Part shown: positions 40,727 to 51,757 of the stretch, piece after piece
Layout: each line of letters opens with the position of its first letter
Numbering within the stretch: the stretch's first letter is position 1
Assembly (NCBI GenBank): GCA_019828565.1
Contig: JAHDYR010000067.1
Coordinates: 214,243 to 278,242 of the forward strand
Length of the DNA stretch: 64,000 bases
Reading direction: 5' to 3'
Source of the DNA: Carpediemonas membranifera BICM
Taxonomy: Eukaryota; Protista; Fornicata
The notes under the pieces: model-generated
What the model saw: only the letters and a program-made list of their open reading frames with translations
Databases searched by the model: none
What the model was told of the DNA's origin: nothing
Translations under genes and position numbers: made by a program

Positions 40727-43684
40727 CTACAGCATATAATCGAGCTCAGGCCTCGAGTACCTCCCCCCCGCATCGGGGTACGCCGCAGTCAACCCGTCGA
40801 CGTCCCCCACAACCATGGCGTTGTAAAGCTGCCAGTACAGCTCCCGGATCCGTCGGGCTGGGTGATACAGCCCGGCGAGCATGTAGGCGAGCGTCAGAGG
40901 CGACCCCAGAGAAAGACGACATGCCTCAACTGCGTCAAGCGCCGCCTGCAGCAGGTGTGGCGTGGGCTCGAGTACGTTGGGCCACACGTGGTTCAGTAGA
41001 TGCGTCACGGCATCCTGGTGATCTTTCCCGCAGTTTAAGGCGATATGCTTCACACAGGTGCACGCCGTTTGTCTGTGTATTGCACTGCGGCTAGTGAGCG
41101 CGTCAGTGAGCAGGTCGACCACGAAGGGCACGTATTCGGACCCTTCGGACCCCATATACTCGAAGAGGAAGGAGATGGCCTTCAGAGCCCCAGTCTGGAC
41201 GCTGCCGTCGGGCACGCGATACTCGTTCATGAGGTACGGCAGCACGGTGAACGGTCCGCAGTCTGATGCGATAACGGCGATGGCGATGGTCGAACAAACC
41301 TTCTGCTGCCGTTCTTGGACACGAAGATTGTTGAGCAGCGCGGCCAACACGTCCTGTGGCCCGATAACTTGTGCTACCCGCCCGAACGTCGCGATACATG
41401 CCCGGCGGACGTTCTTCGACGGCGCCCTGAACATGTCCAGCATGGCGAAGCAGATCCTCATCCACTCAGCGGGGGCCACCTCGGTCCCGTCGCCTCTGCC
41501 CGCAGTCCGGGCGAGCTGGTCTACTAGGTGGATGGCTGCCTCCTCGACGTGCTCGTTACGGTTCTTGAGCACCGCTGTGGTGTTGCAGACGACGTCGGAC
41601 AGCGCCACAGACGCCTCACCGAGGTCCGGCGGGCCGTCCAGGGCGACTATAATGGCCGCCATGCCCTCGAGCACGGCGCTCAGGGCCTCGGGGTAGTCCT
41701 CCGTCTGCATCTGCGTGTACAGACTTATAAACACGGTCCCCAGCTTGACCCGGCCGTCCGCGGACTGGGCGATCAGCGGGGCGATGCGGGCGAGGGCTTG
41801 GGTCACCCTGACCTTAACATGCGGGTTCGTCTCAGTCACCCCGCTGAGGTGCAGGCTAAGGCGGCTGAGAGCGAGGTCGAAGAGGTCATCCTTGGGGCCT
41901 GGGAGGGCCTTCAGGGCCGCCTCCAGGGCAGACATTACAGGCTCAGTGTCGTCCGTGACCTGAAGCTCGACCGCCCTCACGAGGTTGACCACGATCGCTG
42001 TGCGGTGGTGCGGGTGGGCCGAGCCCTCCTCCACAAAGTACCCGCCGTGCTGGTTGAAGATGGCAGCTAGCACTTTGCACACCATGCGTCGCGTGGGCTC
42101 CATGTGGTCGATGTCTACCGCCGTGGCCAGCATCTGAGCCAAAATCTGGGTCATGTCACACACGGCCACCGTGGCCAGGGCTGCACCGACATCGACAGCG
42201 GCATGGAAGTTGGGCCAGTCGAGGAGCAGTCGGTTGAGACAGAGCCCCGCGAACACTGGCACGAGTCGCTCCCTCATCCTGGCCTGTACGGCGTCCCAGA
42301 CGGCACGGTCGGCGTCATCGTCGGGCGGGGTGGCGAGAGCGCGGTGCTTCGTGATCTGCCGGAGGACGGTGAGTGCTGCTGCCTTGATCTCTGCGTCGTC
42401 ACTCCGCTCGGCGAGCTGGATGCGGGGGAGCAGGAGGTTCAGGTGGGCTGCAAAGAGACCCAGGTCGGGGGCGAGCGCCGTGATGTACCCGGCCGCGGTC
42501 AGTAGACTCAACGAGCCCCTGAACGACCGTGCGTCGAGCAGTGGGACGAGCAGAGGCATCAGCGGGGCGAGGGTCGCCCCGGCGTACGGGAACACCCCGC
42601 GGGCCAGGGCCGCACAGGCGATGGCCGCGAGCCTAGAGATGCTCTGGATGCCCTCGAACGCGATCAGGAAGTTGCTGTCGTCCGGGAGCTCCTCCAAGGC
42701 CTCGAGATCTGTGGTGAGCGGCACTCCAATGGCACACAGCGCCAGCCCAGCCGCAGACGGTGCGATGCTCGTGCCGCCCATGATACATACCTGCTGCACC
42801 GCCCTCAGCCCGCACAGACGGCGGCAGTACCAGGCTGGCGGGGCGCCGGGCTCGGGCTCCGGGTCGCGGGGAGAGGACTTGGAGCAACACAGGGCGTTGA
42901 TCAGCGGCAACATTGAGTCTAGACCGAGCGTGGTGGCGACTACGGCGAGGAGAGAGGCGACGGCGTTCCGCAGCAGCTGGTTGGGAGAGGCCACGTGGGA
43001 CCGGACCGACGCGATGATGGCGGGCGCCCCGACCACATGAGTGAGCGCTGATATCGTCTGCCGGCCCTGCGTCCTCTCCACAAACGTGTCCGCGAGCAGC
43101 ATGGGCGAGAGTACCCGGACGAGCTGTCGGACGAGCACTTTAAGGTCGTCGCGAGACATGGCCGAGGTGTCGATCAGGGGCACCAGGGCGTCCAGCAGAC
43201 GGCATACGAAGTACCTGGCGCTCGGTGGCAGTGCTGGGGCTGTCATATAAGCGCACAAGTACCTGATTACAGTCGCGGGGTCAGGCCGGCCGTGACCCCG
43301 CGATGTGAGGTTGTTGAAAGCTGTCTTCCGCTGTGATGAATCACCGTTGAGATAGCGGATGACGAGGCGCATCATATGGCGTTCTTGGTGAAGCGCTGCC
43401 GGGATGAAGCCCGCTTCGGACTGCTCCTCGGCTTCAATGATGCGTTCCATGAGATCGTAGAAGACAAGACGGTCAGTAGGAGTTAGCTCAGGTGTGTCTT
43501 CACCGAGACTGATCTCTAGCTCGGGCATTTCAAGCTCATTCGGGTCTCCAGGGGGCATGTCAACGGTCTCCGCATGCTCCTCCTTGATTGATGCTTCAAA
43601 CCCCCTTGGAGGTATCAATATTTCAAAGCCATCAATTGGCAATGTTGCTATCGCTTCCTCGAGCGATAATTCACTGCCTTTCAT
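40727..43684 (-). CDS. SF3B1: Splicing factor 3B subunit 1 (divergent, short N-terminus)
   Basis: EWMRICF, IGPQDVLAALLNNLRVQERQ, CGPFTVLP.LMNEYRVP, GLYHPARR, Y.RPEL. Confidence 0.96.
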   Translation of the reverse strand: MKGSELSLEEAIATLPIDGFEILIPPRGFEASIKEEHAETVDMPPGDPNELEMPELEISLGEDTPELTPTDRLVFYDLMERIIEAEEQSEAGFIPAALHQERHMMRLVIRYLNGDSSQRKTAFNNLTSRGHGRPDPATVIRYLCAYMTAPALPPSARYFVCRLLDALVPLIDTSAMSRDDLKVLVRQLVRVLSPMLLADTFVERTQGRQTISALTHVVGAPAIIASVRSHVASPNQLLRNAVASLLAVVATTLGLDSMLPLINALCCSKSSPRDPEPEPGAPPAWYCRRLCGLRAVQQVCIMGGTSIAPSAAGLALCAIGVPLTTDLEALEELPDDSNFLIAFEGIQSISRLAAIACAALARGVFPYAGATLAPLMPLLVPLLDARSFRGSLSLLTAAGYITALAPDLGLFAAHLNLLLPRIQLAERSDDAEIKAAALTVLRQITKHRALATPPDDDADRAVWDAVQARMRERLVPVFAGLCLNRLLLDWPNFHAAVDVGAALATVAVCDMTQILAQMLATAVDIDHMEPTRRMVCKVLAAIFNQHGGYFVEEGSAHPHHRTAIVVNLVRAVELQVTDDTEPVMSALEAALKALPGPKDDLFDLALSRLSLHLSGVTETNPHVKVRVTQALARIAPLIAQSADGRVKLGTVFISLYTQMQTEDYPEALSAVLEGMAAIIVALDGPPDLGEASVALSDVVCNTTAVLKNRNEHVEEAAIHLVDQLARTAGRGDGTEVAPAEWMRICFAMLDMFRAPSKNVRRACIATFGRVAQVIGPQDVLAALLNNLRVQERQQKVCSTIAIAVIASDCGPFTVLPYLMNEYRVPDGSVQTGALKAISFLFEYMGSEGSEYVPFVVDLLTDALTSRSAIHRQTACTCVKHIALNCGKDHQDAVTHLLNHVWPNVLEPTPHLLQAALDAVEACRLSLGSPLTLAYMLAGLYHPARRIRELYWQLYNAMVVGDVDGLTAAYPDAGGRYSRPELDYML

Positions 43685-44914
43685 CCTCCTCCTCAACTGA
43701 AATGCCTTAACCTGCGGTTTCTGTCCCGATCGCCCAAGGCACCTGCAGCATGCGCCGGTGTGATGAACGTGGCACTGAGCTCACATAAAACCACTGTCGC
43801 TGGAGAGGATGGAGCGGGCGCGCGGCTGGTTCGAGAGGTCTCTGAGAGCGTGATTCAAGTGATTCAAGGCCACGCCGATTTGAACTGCCGCTGGGTCGGC
43901 TCGCCTGTGATTCTTCTGTCGTCTTGTGAGGGCTGGCTCTTGTGGGCTTTTATGTCGAGATCTGAGCTTTCGGTTCGGGCTTCGCATGGTGTCGTGATGC
44001 GAGTGATGAAAGCGGTAATAAACGGTCATGCGAGCAATTATGTGGGTGTATCTCGCCGAGGGTTGGGTGTAGCAGGGTTTGGGCCGTTGCTGGGCAAAAG
44101 GGGGCAAATCTGACAAATCAATATGATCAGGCGAATATGACCCCCGAGGCGTGTGAATCCAATAGGGGCTCCACGCCGCGGGTTTGCCCTCCCGCATACA
44201 CTCGCCAACCGCCAGCAGCTGCTGGGGTCGTCCAAGTGTATCATCTAGGCTCACTGTCCTAGGTCCATCTGATGTCCGCGCGGCAGTCTCACACCGCCCG
44301 CGCGCTCCTAGCCAAGACCCGGGTTCCGCGCCGTACAAAGTGGCGCGGATGTCCCGGGTGTGCAGCAAGGGCCAAGGCCAATGCATTGCCACGGGTCCGA
44401 AGACGCCGTGGTGCACAGCTAGGATGTAACATCATATGATGGTGGCGGACTTACCTTGTTGCCGCTCCAGGGTCCCGTCGGCGCACCTGATTGATGTTGC
44501 TTAGTTCGGCACGAGAAGTGACCGAAACAGAGAGAGAACAGAGAGTGAAAAGTGAATTCTCGTGATCTAGAAAAGAGCATTGAGCGTGCATTCGTCCCAT
44601 TGCGGTGAAAGAACACGACAGTTCACCGACGGATAGTTTTGTAGAAAACTTTTTCACAATGGCACATCGTGGCATGGCAATCAGCTCTCGCGCCAAGGAG
44701 GCGCACATGCAACGGCAGGCGCCACGAACACAGGCGCAAGCATCTGGCATTACCGCATCCTGCAAAGGCCTTAATGCGTTGATCACGGCAAGGGCCGAGG
44801 TCTGTGGCATGGTCGGCCCTCGTGTTCCATCGGCAATCGCCACCGCCGGTACTACTGCGAGGTCAAGCATACGTTGATGGATGCCGGACAGCAGTCGATC
44901 CAACTTAAAAAGTT

Positions 44915-45570
44915 ATGAGTTCTGCGATAATAGGGTATCTAATGAGGAATGGAACCCCTCTATGGGCCATTGTTCTCTTCCCGCTCATCTGGCTTGAGTT
45001 CATGCAGATCGCGATGACATACTTTGTTTTCCAGAAGAAGGCAAATGTACTGGACATGAAGCGCACCATAGACCTCCGCTCAGCAAAGGACAATATCATC
45101 AACTCTTCTGAATCGTTCGTTCAGAAGAGCAAGATTGAGCGGCGGATCATCAAGTTCGACAAGCAGCTCGACGAGCTGAAGAAGAAGACCCGTAAGGCCA
45201 ACACCCTGGCCATGTTCGTCACCTTCATCGCCGGGAACGTCATGCAGGCTCTCCTGCTCGCTGTCCTCCTCTTCTCGGTCGACCCCGACTCCCGCGCCGT
45301 CTTCGCCCTCCCCGCCACCAGCACGTAGCCGTCCCCGCTGTGGTTAAGCGGGTCTTCGTATACAAGTGCGACGCCCCCATCGCCCCCGAGACCCCGCTGG
45401 TGGTTGGGCTCGTCGCGTTCTTCGTCCTCTGCACGCACACGGTCGGCCTCGCACTTGGATTCCTCCGGCCGCCCCAGATGGAGACGGGCAACGGCATGCT
45501 GGGCCAGGCGAAGGCGCTGTACAAGCTCTATAGGATGACGCACGACATGGCCAAGGTCAAGGTCGTTTGA
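44915..45570 (+). CDS. Membrane protein with coiled coil, Get1/WRB-like; one apparent indel near 45320
   Basis: TM, coiled coil (SKIERRIIKFDKQLDELKK), TM, TM; ORFs 44915-45328 and 45340-45570 join after a 1-nt shift. Confidence 0.55.
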
Positions 45571-45707
45571 GGCGTCTTTAATTGATATATGGTAGACCAG
45601 CGATGCTTATAAATAAGTCCATCAGCAGATTATGACTGCCATTCCATGCTAGCATGCTTGCCAAGTACTTTAAGGGGCGGCTACTACTTTACACGGCGGG
45701 CGGTGGC

Positions 45708-46814
45708 TCACATGATCCCCACGGTGTCGATGTATCTGATCAAATTTGATATCAAATTCCCCTCCTCGAAGGCGTCTTTCGACCGAATCATAGTGACCTC
45801 CTTGGCTCTGCGGCCCAGTATGTCTCTGAGCTCGCCAAGCTGCTCGAACAGAAGCGGCGTGCGGATGGGCAGCACCGTGTTCAACGTTTCCAGACAGGAG
45901 ATGCGGATCTGACGCACTGGGACGGTTAGCTGTGTGCCGAGAACAGGTACAATCCCCAGCTCGACAGCTTTCCGGGCAGAGGTTTCGCTGACGGCGACCA
46001 GTGCGGCCAGTGAACACGCCCACTTCCGGACTGATGTAACGGTTGACCCGCACGCCTTGATCATCCCCTCTAGGAGCCCTGGGACATCAGGGAAAGGTGC
46101 CGTGCCCAGCTGAGTCTTCGCGAAGGTGCACAGGATCGGCAGGGCCCCGACCTCACCCCCGGTCTGCAGCTGCACGGCCAGACCCTTCAGGACAGAGTGT
46201 TCAGTGGCCATGTCCAGCTCGATGAGACGCAGGGTCGCCTGGTCCTGTCTAATGATGTTCCGCAGGACAGAAAGGGCGACCCTGGTGGACTTGGGCTCGG
46301 CAGCGGCCAGTACCGCGTTCAGGGCTGGGAGGATCGAGTGGTCGTGGATGAGTCGATCTGTGGTCGGAGTCGTGAGCGACAGATCGGTGTAAGCTGCGAG
46401 GACCAGGGCGCTTTCCAGGACCACGGGCGGGGCAGCGTGTGTCAGGTCCGAGACGAGCTGCCGTTCGATCGCTGGCATGTATAAGTCGCGGCCGAACTGG
46501 AGCTCGGCGACCTTGGAAAGTGCTTTGAGGGCGCGGACATGCTCATTTGTCGTCCCGTGCTCGCACATGTGAAGGAGAGCATCGGTAATGCCCGATTTGA
46601 GGCAGGTGACAAGGTCAACCTTGTTGCTAAACTCTTCTATGATGAGATCGATGGCTTCCAGATGCGTCTCCTCAGATTCTGTCGACGCATTGAGAATTGT
46701 GCTCATTTTGTGGGTGAAAAAGGCAGGATTCTCCACGCCCATTGTGACATGACTTGATTCAATGATCTCTGTCCTTGCTCGATGCGACTGAAGGACATAG
46801 CCGGCTTTGTTCAT
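45708..46814 (-). CDS. Armadillo-repeat protein, RSPH14/RTDR1-like
   Basis: ARM-like helical repeats, size, and AELQFGR motif. Confidence 0.55.
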   Translation of the reverse strand: MNKAGYVLQSHRARTEIIESSHVTMGVENPAFFTHKMSTILNASTESEETHLEAIDLIIEEFSNKVDLVTCLKSGITDALLHMCEHGTTNEHVRALKALSKVAELQFGRDLYMPAIERQLVSDLTHAAPPVVLESALVLAAYTDLSLTTPTTDRLIHDHSILPALNAVLAAAEPKSTRVALSVLRNIIRQDQATLRLIELDMATEHSVLKGLAVQLQTGGEVGALPILCTFAKTQLGTAPFPDVPGLLEGMIKACGSTVTSVRKWACSLAALVAVSETSARKAVELGIVPVLGTQLTVPVRQIRISCLETLNTVLPIRTPLLFEQLGELRDILGRRAKEVTMIRSKDAFEEGNLISNLIRYIDTVGIM

Positions 46815-47112
46815 TCTGACGATTTTTGTCACTAATCTGCACTTTCGCCTTGGTCCCTCTGGACCTGATACGTCAGTAGTGTGCCAGATGAGCAGTAGTG
46901 CGGGTCCTTATGTGTCTCAAGGTATCAACAAGTTTCACTGAGCCTTGACTTTGGAATTGAGGAATGTGCGCTCCAGTGAACAAGATGTCTGCCTTAAGGA
47001 CACGATCAGCATGTCAGCGCGAGATGGTATGAGGCCCTTAGCCTTGTGGACAGGTGAACGCGCCACACGCTGTTTCGTCAGATTTGCTCACGTTTGTCTG
47101 AGAGAGCGAATT

Positions 47113-48195
47113 ATGGCAAATGGAAGGCAACCTCGTCGCAAGGGTGCGCCAGTTGCTGTAAACCGGCGTAATCCGCGCAATGCCAAGAGAGAGGCCGAGA
47201 ATGTGGGCCGGTTACTCAACACAGTCCGTGAAGTGCACAATACAATGCAGAACCTCCTTGAAGAAGGCAACGACGAATCTGAAGCACAGTTCATTGAGCT
47301 TCTGAACCGTTGCGTGGAGAATCTGGGCAACATGGAGCAGGCGTATCCCGAGAACGTCGAGGTGCTGGACACGTACTGCGAGTTCCTCGTGGAGTACAGC
47401 AGCTTCCTGGATGGCGATCCCGTCGCAGCAGCAGCCGGGTTCCTCGACAGGGCCATAGCGATCGAGCCGGACACGAGCCTCAGCCGGTACATCCAGCGGG
47501 CAAGACTGAACCCCGACCCCGCCGCCTCCGTGGGGCAGTTCATCGAGGGGATCAACAGAATGGTCGCAACGAACGATCGTGAGCTCAAGGACGCCGTGTG
47601 CGACATGCTTGACACTGTCGTCGAGAAGTACGGCGAGCTGACTGAGAAGCTGCCCGTCCAGCAGCTGCACGCTGCGGTAGATCAGACGCTTGCCAGCATC
47701 GGACCGCTTCGTAGCAACCCCGAGGTACTTATCAGCGAGGCGTCGTACGTCATCCAGTGCACGGTCGGCAACACGGACGAGGAGGCCGTACAGGCGGCCT
47801 ACCACCATGCCAGCGGCCTGCTCACCCGCTCCCTCGAGCAGTGGGTCCCTCGCATCAATGAGGACCTCACTGGCGACGCTACCCCGCCCGCTGAAGCCCG
47901 CGAGAGCGCTGCGACCATGCTCATGGAGGTGGGCGACTACGACTCCGTCCTGGCGGTGTGCGATCAGTTGCTCAACATGCAGCCCGACCACTTCGACCTG
48001 CGCATGATGGTGGCCCGCGCGTTCAACGAGCAGTCCCAGTTTGATGAGGCCCGCGAGGTGCTCGAGGATCTCCGCGTCGATATTTCACAGGCGGACGGGC
48101 AGGACCCCGAGGTCGCCCAGTTCCGGCAGATGGTGGAGGACGCGCTTGAGCAGCTGGCAAGGGTCCAGCGCCAGGCCCCGGAAGCCGGGAAGTAA
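47113..48195 (+). CDS. TPR protein, Acl4-like (Rpl4 assembly chaperone)
   Basis: AIAIEPD..SRYIQRARL, NPEVLISEASYVI, SLEQW, PPAEARE..LMEVGDY. Confidence 0.65.
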   Translation: MANGRQPRRKGAPVAVNRRNPRNAKREAENVGRLLNTVREVHNTMQNLLEEGNDESEAQFIELLNRCVENLGNMEQAYPENVEVLDTYCEFLVEYSSFLDGDPVAAAAGFLDRAIAIEPDTSLSRYIQRARLNPDPAASVGQFIEGINRMVATNDRELKDAVCDMLDTVVEKYGELTEKLPVQQLHAAVDQTLASIGPLRSNPEVLISEASYVIQCTVGNTDEEAVQAAYHHASGLLTRSLEQWVPRINEDLTGDATPPAEARESAATMLMEVGDYDSVLAVCDQLLNMQPDHFDLRMMVARAFNEQSQFDEAREVLEDLRVDISQADGQDPEVAQFRQMVEDALEQLARVQRQAPEAGK

Positions 48196-51100
48196 ATACG
48201 GATAAGGCACAGGTTAGTTGGGCTTTTAATCTTTGGTGGTGACACACGCTCGGCTGGCTGGCTGTCTTGAACTTGCCCTGATCATAAAATAAAAGGGGTC
48301 AGGCCAGACCGTGGTTTGGCATCCCAAAGCAGAGATAGACGGAGATGCAGATGTTGGTGATAACAACGATAAATGCTGTTGCTGGCCCCAATGCTGCTAA
48401 GTCTAACTAAGTTGCTCCTGAGACATGGTTCTTGCTGATGTACCTTACCTTACCTTACATTTTCTTGAGTCGGGCTAACACACTTATTGGCATCATTTCT
48501 CGACTCCATTGGACAGAGTCATGTGGCGATGGTATCGGCTTCAGGAAGATCGCGGCAGGGTCAGCTCATTATGGCGTGAGAGCTTGCCTGGTGGAAGGCG
48601 AATGATATGCAGATCCGAGCGATCGCAGTGCCGAGTTACGTATAGCAGACAGAAAATTGTCCGAGTTAGTGACCGAGTGACACAAGACGACAGGGCGGCC
48701 ATGATGCAAGGAAGCGGGCTAGGCTATATCGCAGTGGAGTTCGGCCTCTGAACAAACGCAAGGTTGGGCGGTGAGAGCCAGTGCAGTTTATGTAAACAGA
48801 TCTACCTGCGCAAGCCAACAATGGCACAATATCGATATTCTGCTTCTACAGAATCACACAGTGGTCTATCCGTGATAGACGTCTCTTCCCTCACAACGGG
48901 GTACGAGATCTGGTTACGGGAAGTCGGTAACGTCAAAAGACCCCGTTCTTTCCCCCACGCATTCACGGCAAAGACCCTCGAGCTTCTACAAGCCACATGG
49001 CGGCCCACCTCCACGTTCCCGACCTTCGAGTCGTTCTGGGACTCCCTTATCCCTGACGTGGTCTCGCAGGCACAACACGCCAAGCAAGAACCTGACAGAC
49101 ACGCCACGTCGTGCCGCGCAAGATACCGCGCGATCATCGACGCTCTGCAGGACGATCTCTTCTTGCTCTGTGCTGCAGCCGCCAACACCTATAAGGACAG
49201 CCCGCTTCTCGACCCGGCGATGCGCCGGATGCAGGCTGTTTACGACCGCGCCGAGGCCGAGCTGAACGATAAGCTCGCCAGCCTCTGCACGGCCAGCCAC
49301 GACCGCCACGAGGCGGACCCGGATGCGACCCTCACCTTCGCGACGCTAACGAACCCCCTGGACGACAAACCGGCCCGATCGGCCGCGGATGTCGCGAGAA
49401 TCGTCAACTCTCTCCCGTCAGCGGCAACGGCCGCCCCCTCCGCCCCCGTGTCCGTGCGTGACCAGCTTCGCGCCGAGGCCAGGACCATCCTGCCTCACCT
49501 GTACCTTACCCTGATGCCAACACTCGACCGCGGTGCACGCCTCAAGGCCATCACAAGCAAGGGCACCCAACTGTACGGCCAGAACGCGGCCCACCGCCTT
49601 AACACTCTGCGCCTGCAGAAGGCGTGCGACGGGTACAACCCCGTCGTCGAGGCCGATGGCTACCATAAGATCCCCGACAGCGCCCTCCGCGCTGCGGTCC
49701 GGTCTGTCGCCCTCAAGGGATACGACGACGACGCGATCCCGCTATACGAGGCGCTGATCGAGCGGGATTCGGACGGCAACTGGCGTCCCGCCCGCGACTG
49801 CATAGACGCCCTCTCGACCCTCGAGACCGACCATCTCGGCCAGATCGTCGTCCCCTGGCAGGCCTATGCCGTGTCGACCAAGACGAAGCCGATCCCGGCC
49901 GACAACAAGGCACCGCATGATAACAGTCAGTGCTCGAACAAGGACACCTCTGCTCGCGAGGGCCAGCCGCTGAAGCCGAAGGCCCACAAGGTCGAAGGCC
50001 AGGACCCGTTCAAGCAGTTTAAGGACAAGGAGCATTTCTACATCCCGAAGTCTTTCAATCGCTGGTGTGACAGGCATGGCTGGAACTCAAAGCATACAAC
50101 CAAGGACTGCGGAGCGAACCAACGCGATGGCGCCGTCGGCGAGGTCCAAACGACCTCCATTCCCATACAGACAACCGTAACGGTCGCCGGAACCGTCCAA
50201 CTTCCAGCCAAGCTCGACACTGGCGCAGATGTCTGCGTCATATCCGAGCACCTCGCCCCAAAGATACCAGGAAACATCCAATGGCGCGAGTCGGACCTCC
50301 GCCTGTTCGCCGCGGACGACCGCGTTATCTCCGCGGGCAAGATCGCCACCATGTCCATCACACTCCCTGGCATGGATGGCAAAACCGTCACGCTCGACTG
50401 GGACGTCCACATGATCACAGGCACCAGCGACAGGATGCTGATCGGCAAGGACCTCCTCAGGCACATCGGCTACGTCCTCAACGACCGCCTACTGATACTC
50501 CCGTCCGAGAAGCCGGATGATAAGGACGATCTAGAAGAGCACAACATGATCGACGCCGACGTCTTCGAAGCGGCGTCAACCTCGGACTCGAAGCATTCGC
50601 TCGCCGTCACGATCCCGGACGACCACGGCACCGAGTTCGCCAACAAGGTCCGAAGCATCGTCGAGGAGTTCGATGAGGTGTTCGACCCGGCTCTCCCGCC
50701 CGAAGGCAGCAAACTACAGCCTCACAAGATCGAACTCACACGCGATTTTCACCTCAAGTGCCGTCCTCGACAGCTTGTCGGAGAGGCTGGCTCAGCCGCC
50801 CTCTCCGAGATCGAGAAGATGAAGAAGCTCGGCATCATACGAGACAGCCAGTCCGAGCACGCCAGCCGCCACACGATGGCAACCAAGAAGAACGGCGAAC
50901 CCCGCTTCTGCGTCGCATTCAACGATCTTAACGACGCCACGAAGGACGACGCCTTTCCCCTCCCCGATCTGAGGGACCTGCCCCACGAAGCCGGCGGATG
51001 CTCTTACTTTGCATCACTCGATCTCCGGTCCGGATACTGGCAGCAGCTGATGGAGCCGGCCAGCATCCCCCTTACCTCGTTCGTAGTCCCCGGGCACCAA

Positions 51101-51757
51101 TTCGAGTTCCTCAGGGTCCCGTTTGGACTTAAGAACGCCCCCTCCAAGTTTCAACGAGCGATGGAGGCCGTGCTAGATGGCATCCCCGGCCACCGGGTCT
51201 ACGTGGATGACATATTCCTCTACGCACGGACCGAAGAAGGATTCCTCAACACCCTGAGACTCACCCTCCAGAGAGCCAAGGACAACCGCCTGCGCCTCCG
51301 TGCGGACAAATGTACCATCGGCGCCGCCGAAGTGGAGGTCTGCGGATTCATCATCAACAGCTCCGGCCGCTCGGTGAGCCCAGGCCGCGTCGCCGCGCTG
51401 AAGGAGCTGCCCGCCCCCACCACCGTCACAGAGCTCAGACGCACGATGGGCAAGTTTAACCACCTCGCAAACTACCTCCCGCAACTCAGCTCAGCCACAG
51501 CCCCCCTCAACGCCCTCCTCAAGGGGTCACCCAAGAAGCTAGACAAGCTCCCTTGGACTGAGGAACACGACAAGGCATTCGCGGCTCTGAAGGAGCTGTG
51601 CACCGACAACAAGGCATTGGCACTACCCAACCTGACCTGCAAGTGGACACTTGAGACAGACGCGTCCACAATCGCAGCCGGCGGAGTGCTGTGGCAACAC
51701 GAGGGCGACACGAAGAAACCCCTCGCGTACTTCTCAAAGACGTTCACAGAGACCCAA

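Noticed and set aside
43760-44903. ORFs 43781-44416 and 44451-44903
   Set aside because: Possibly one spliced hypothetical gene, but no family evidence.
48441-48458. (CCTTA)3 telomere-like repeat
   Set aside because: Only three units, internal location.
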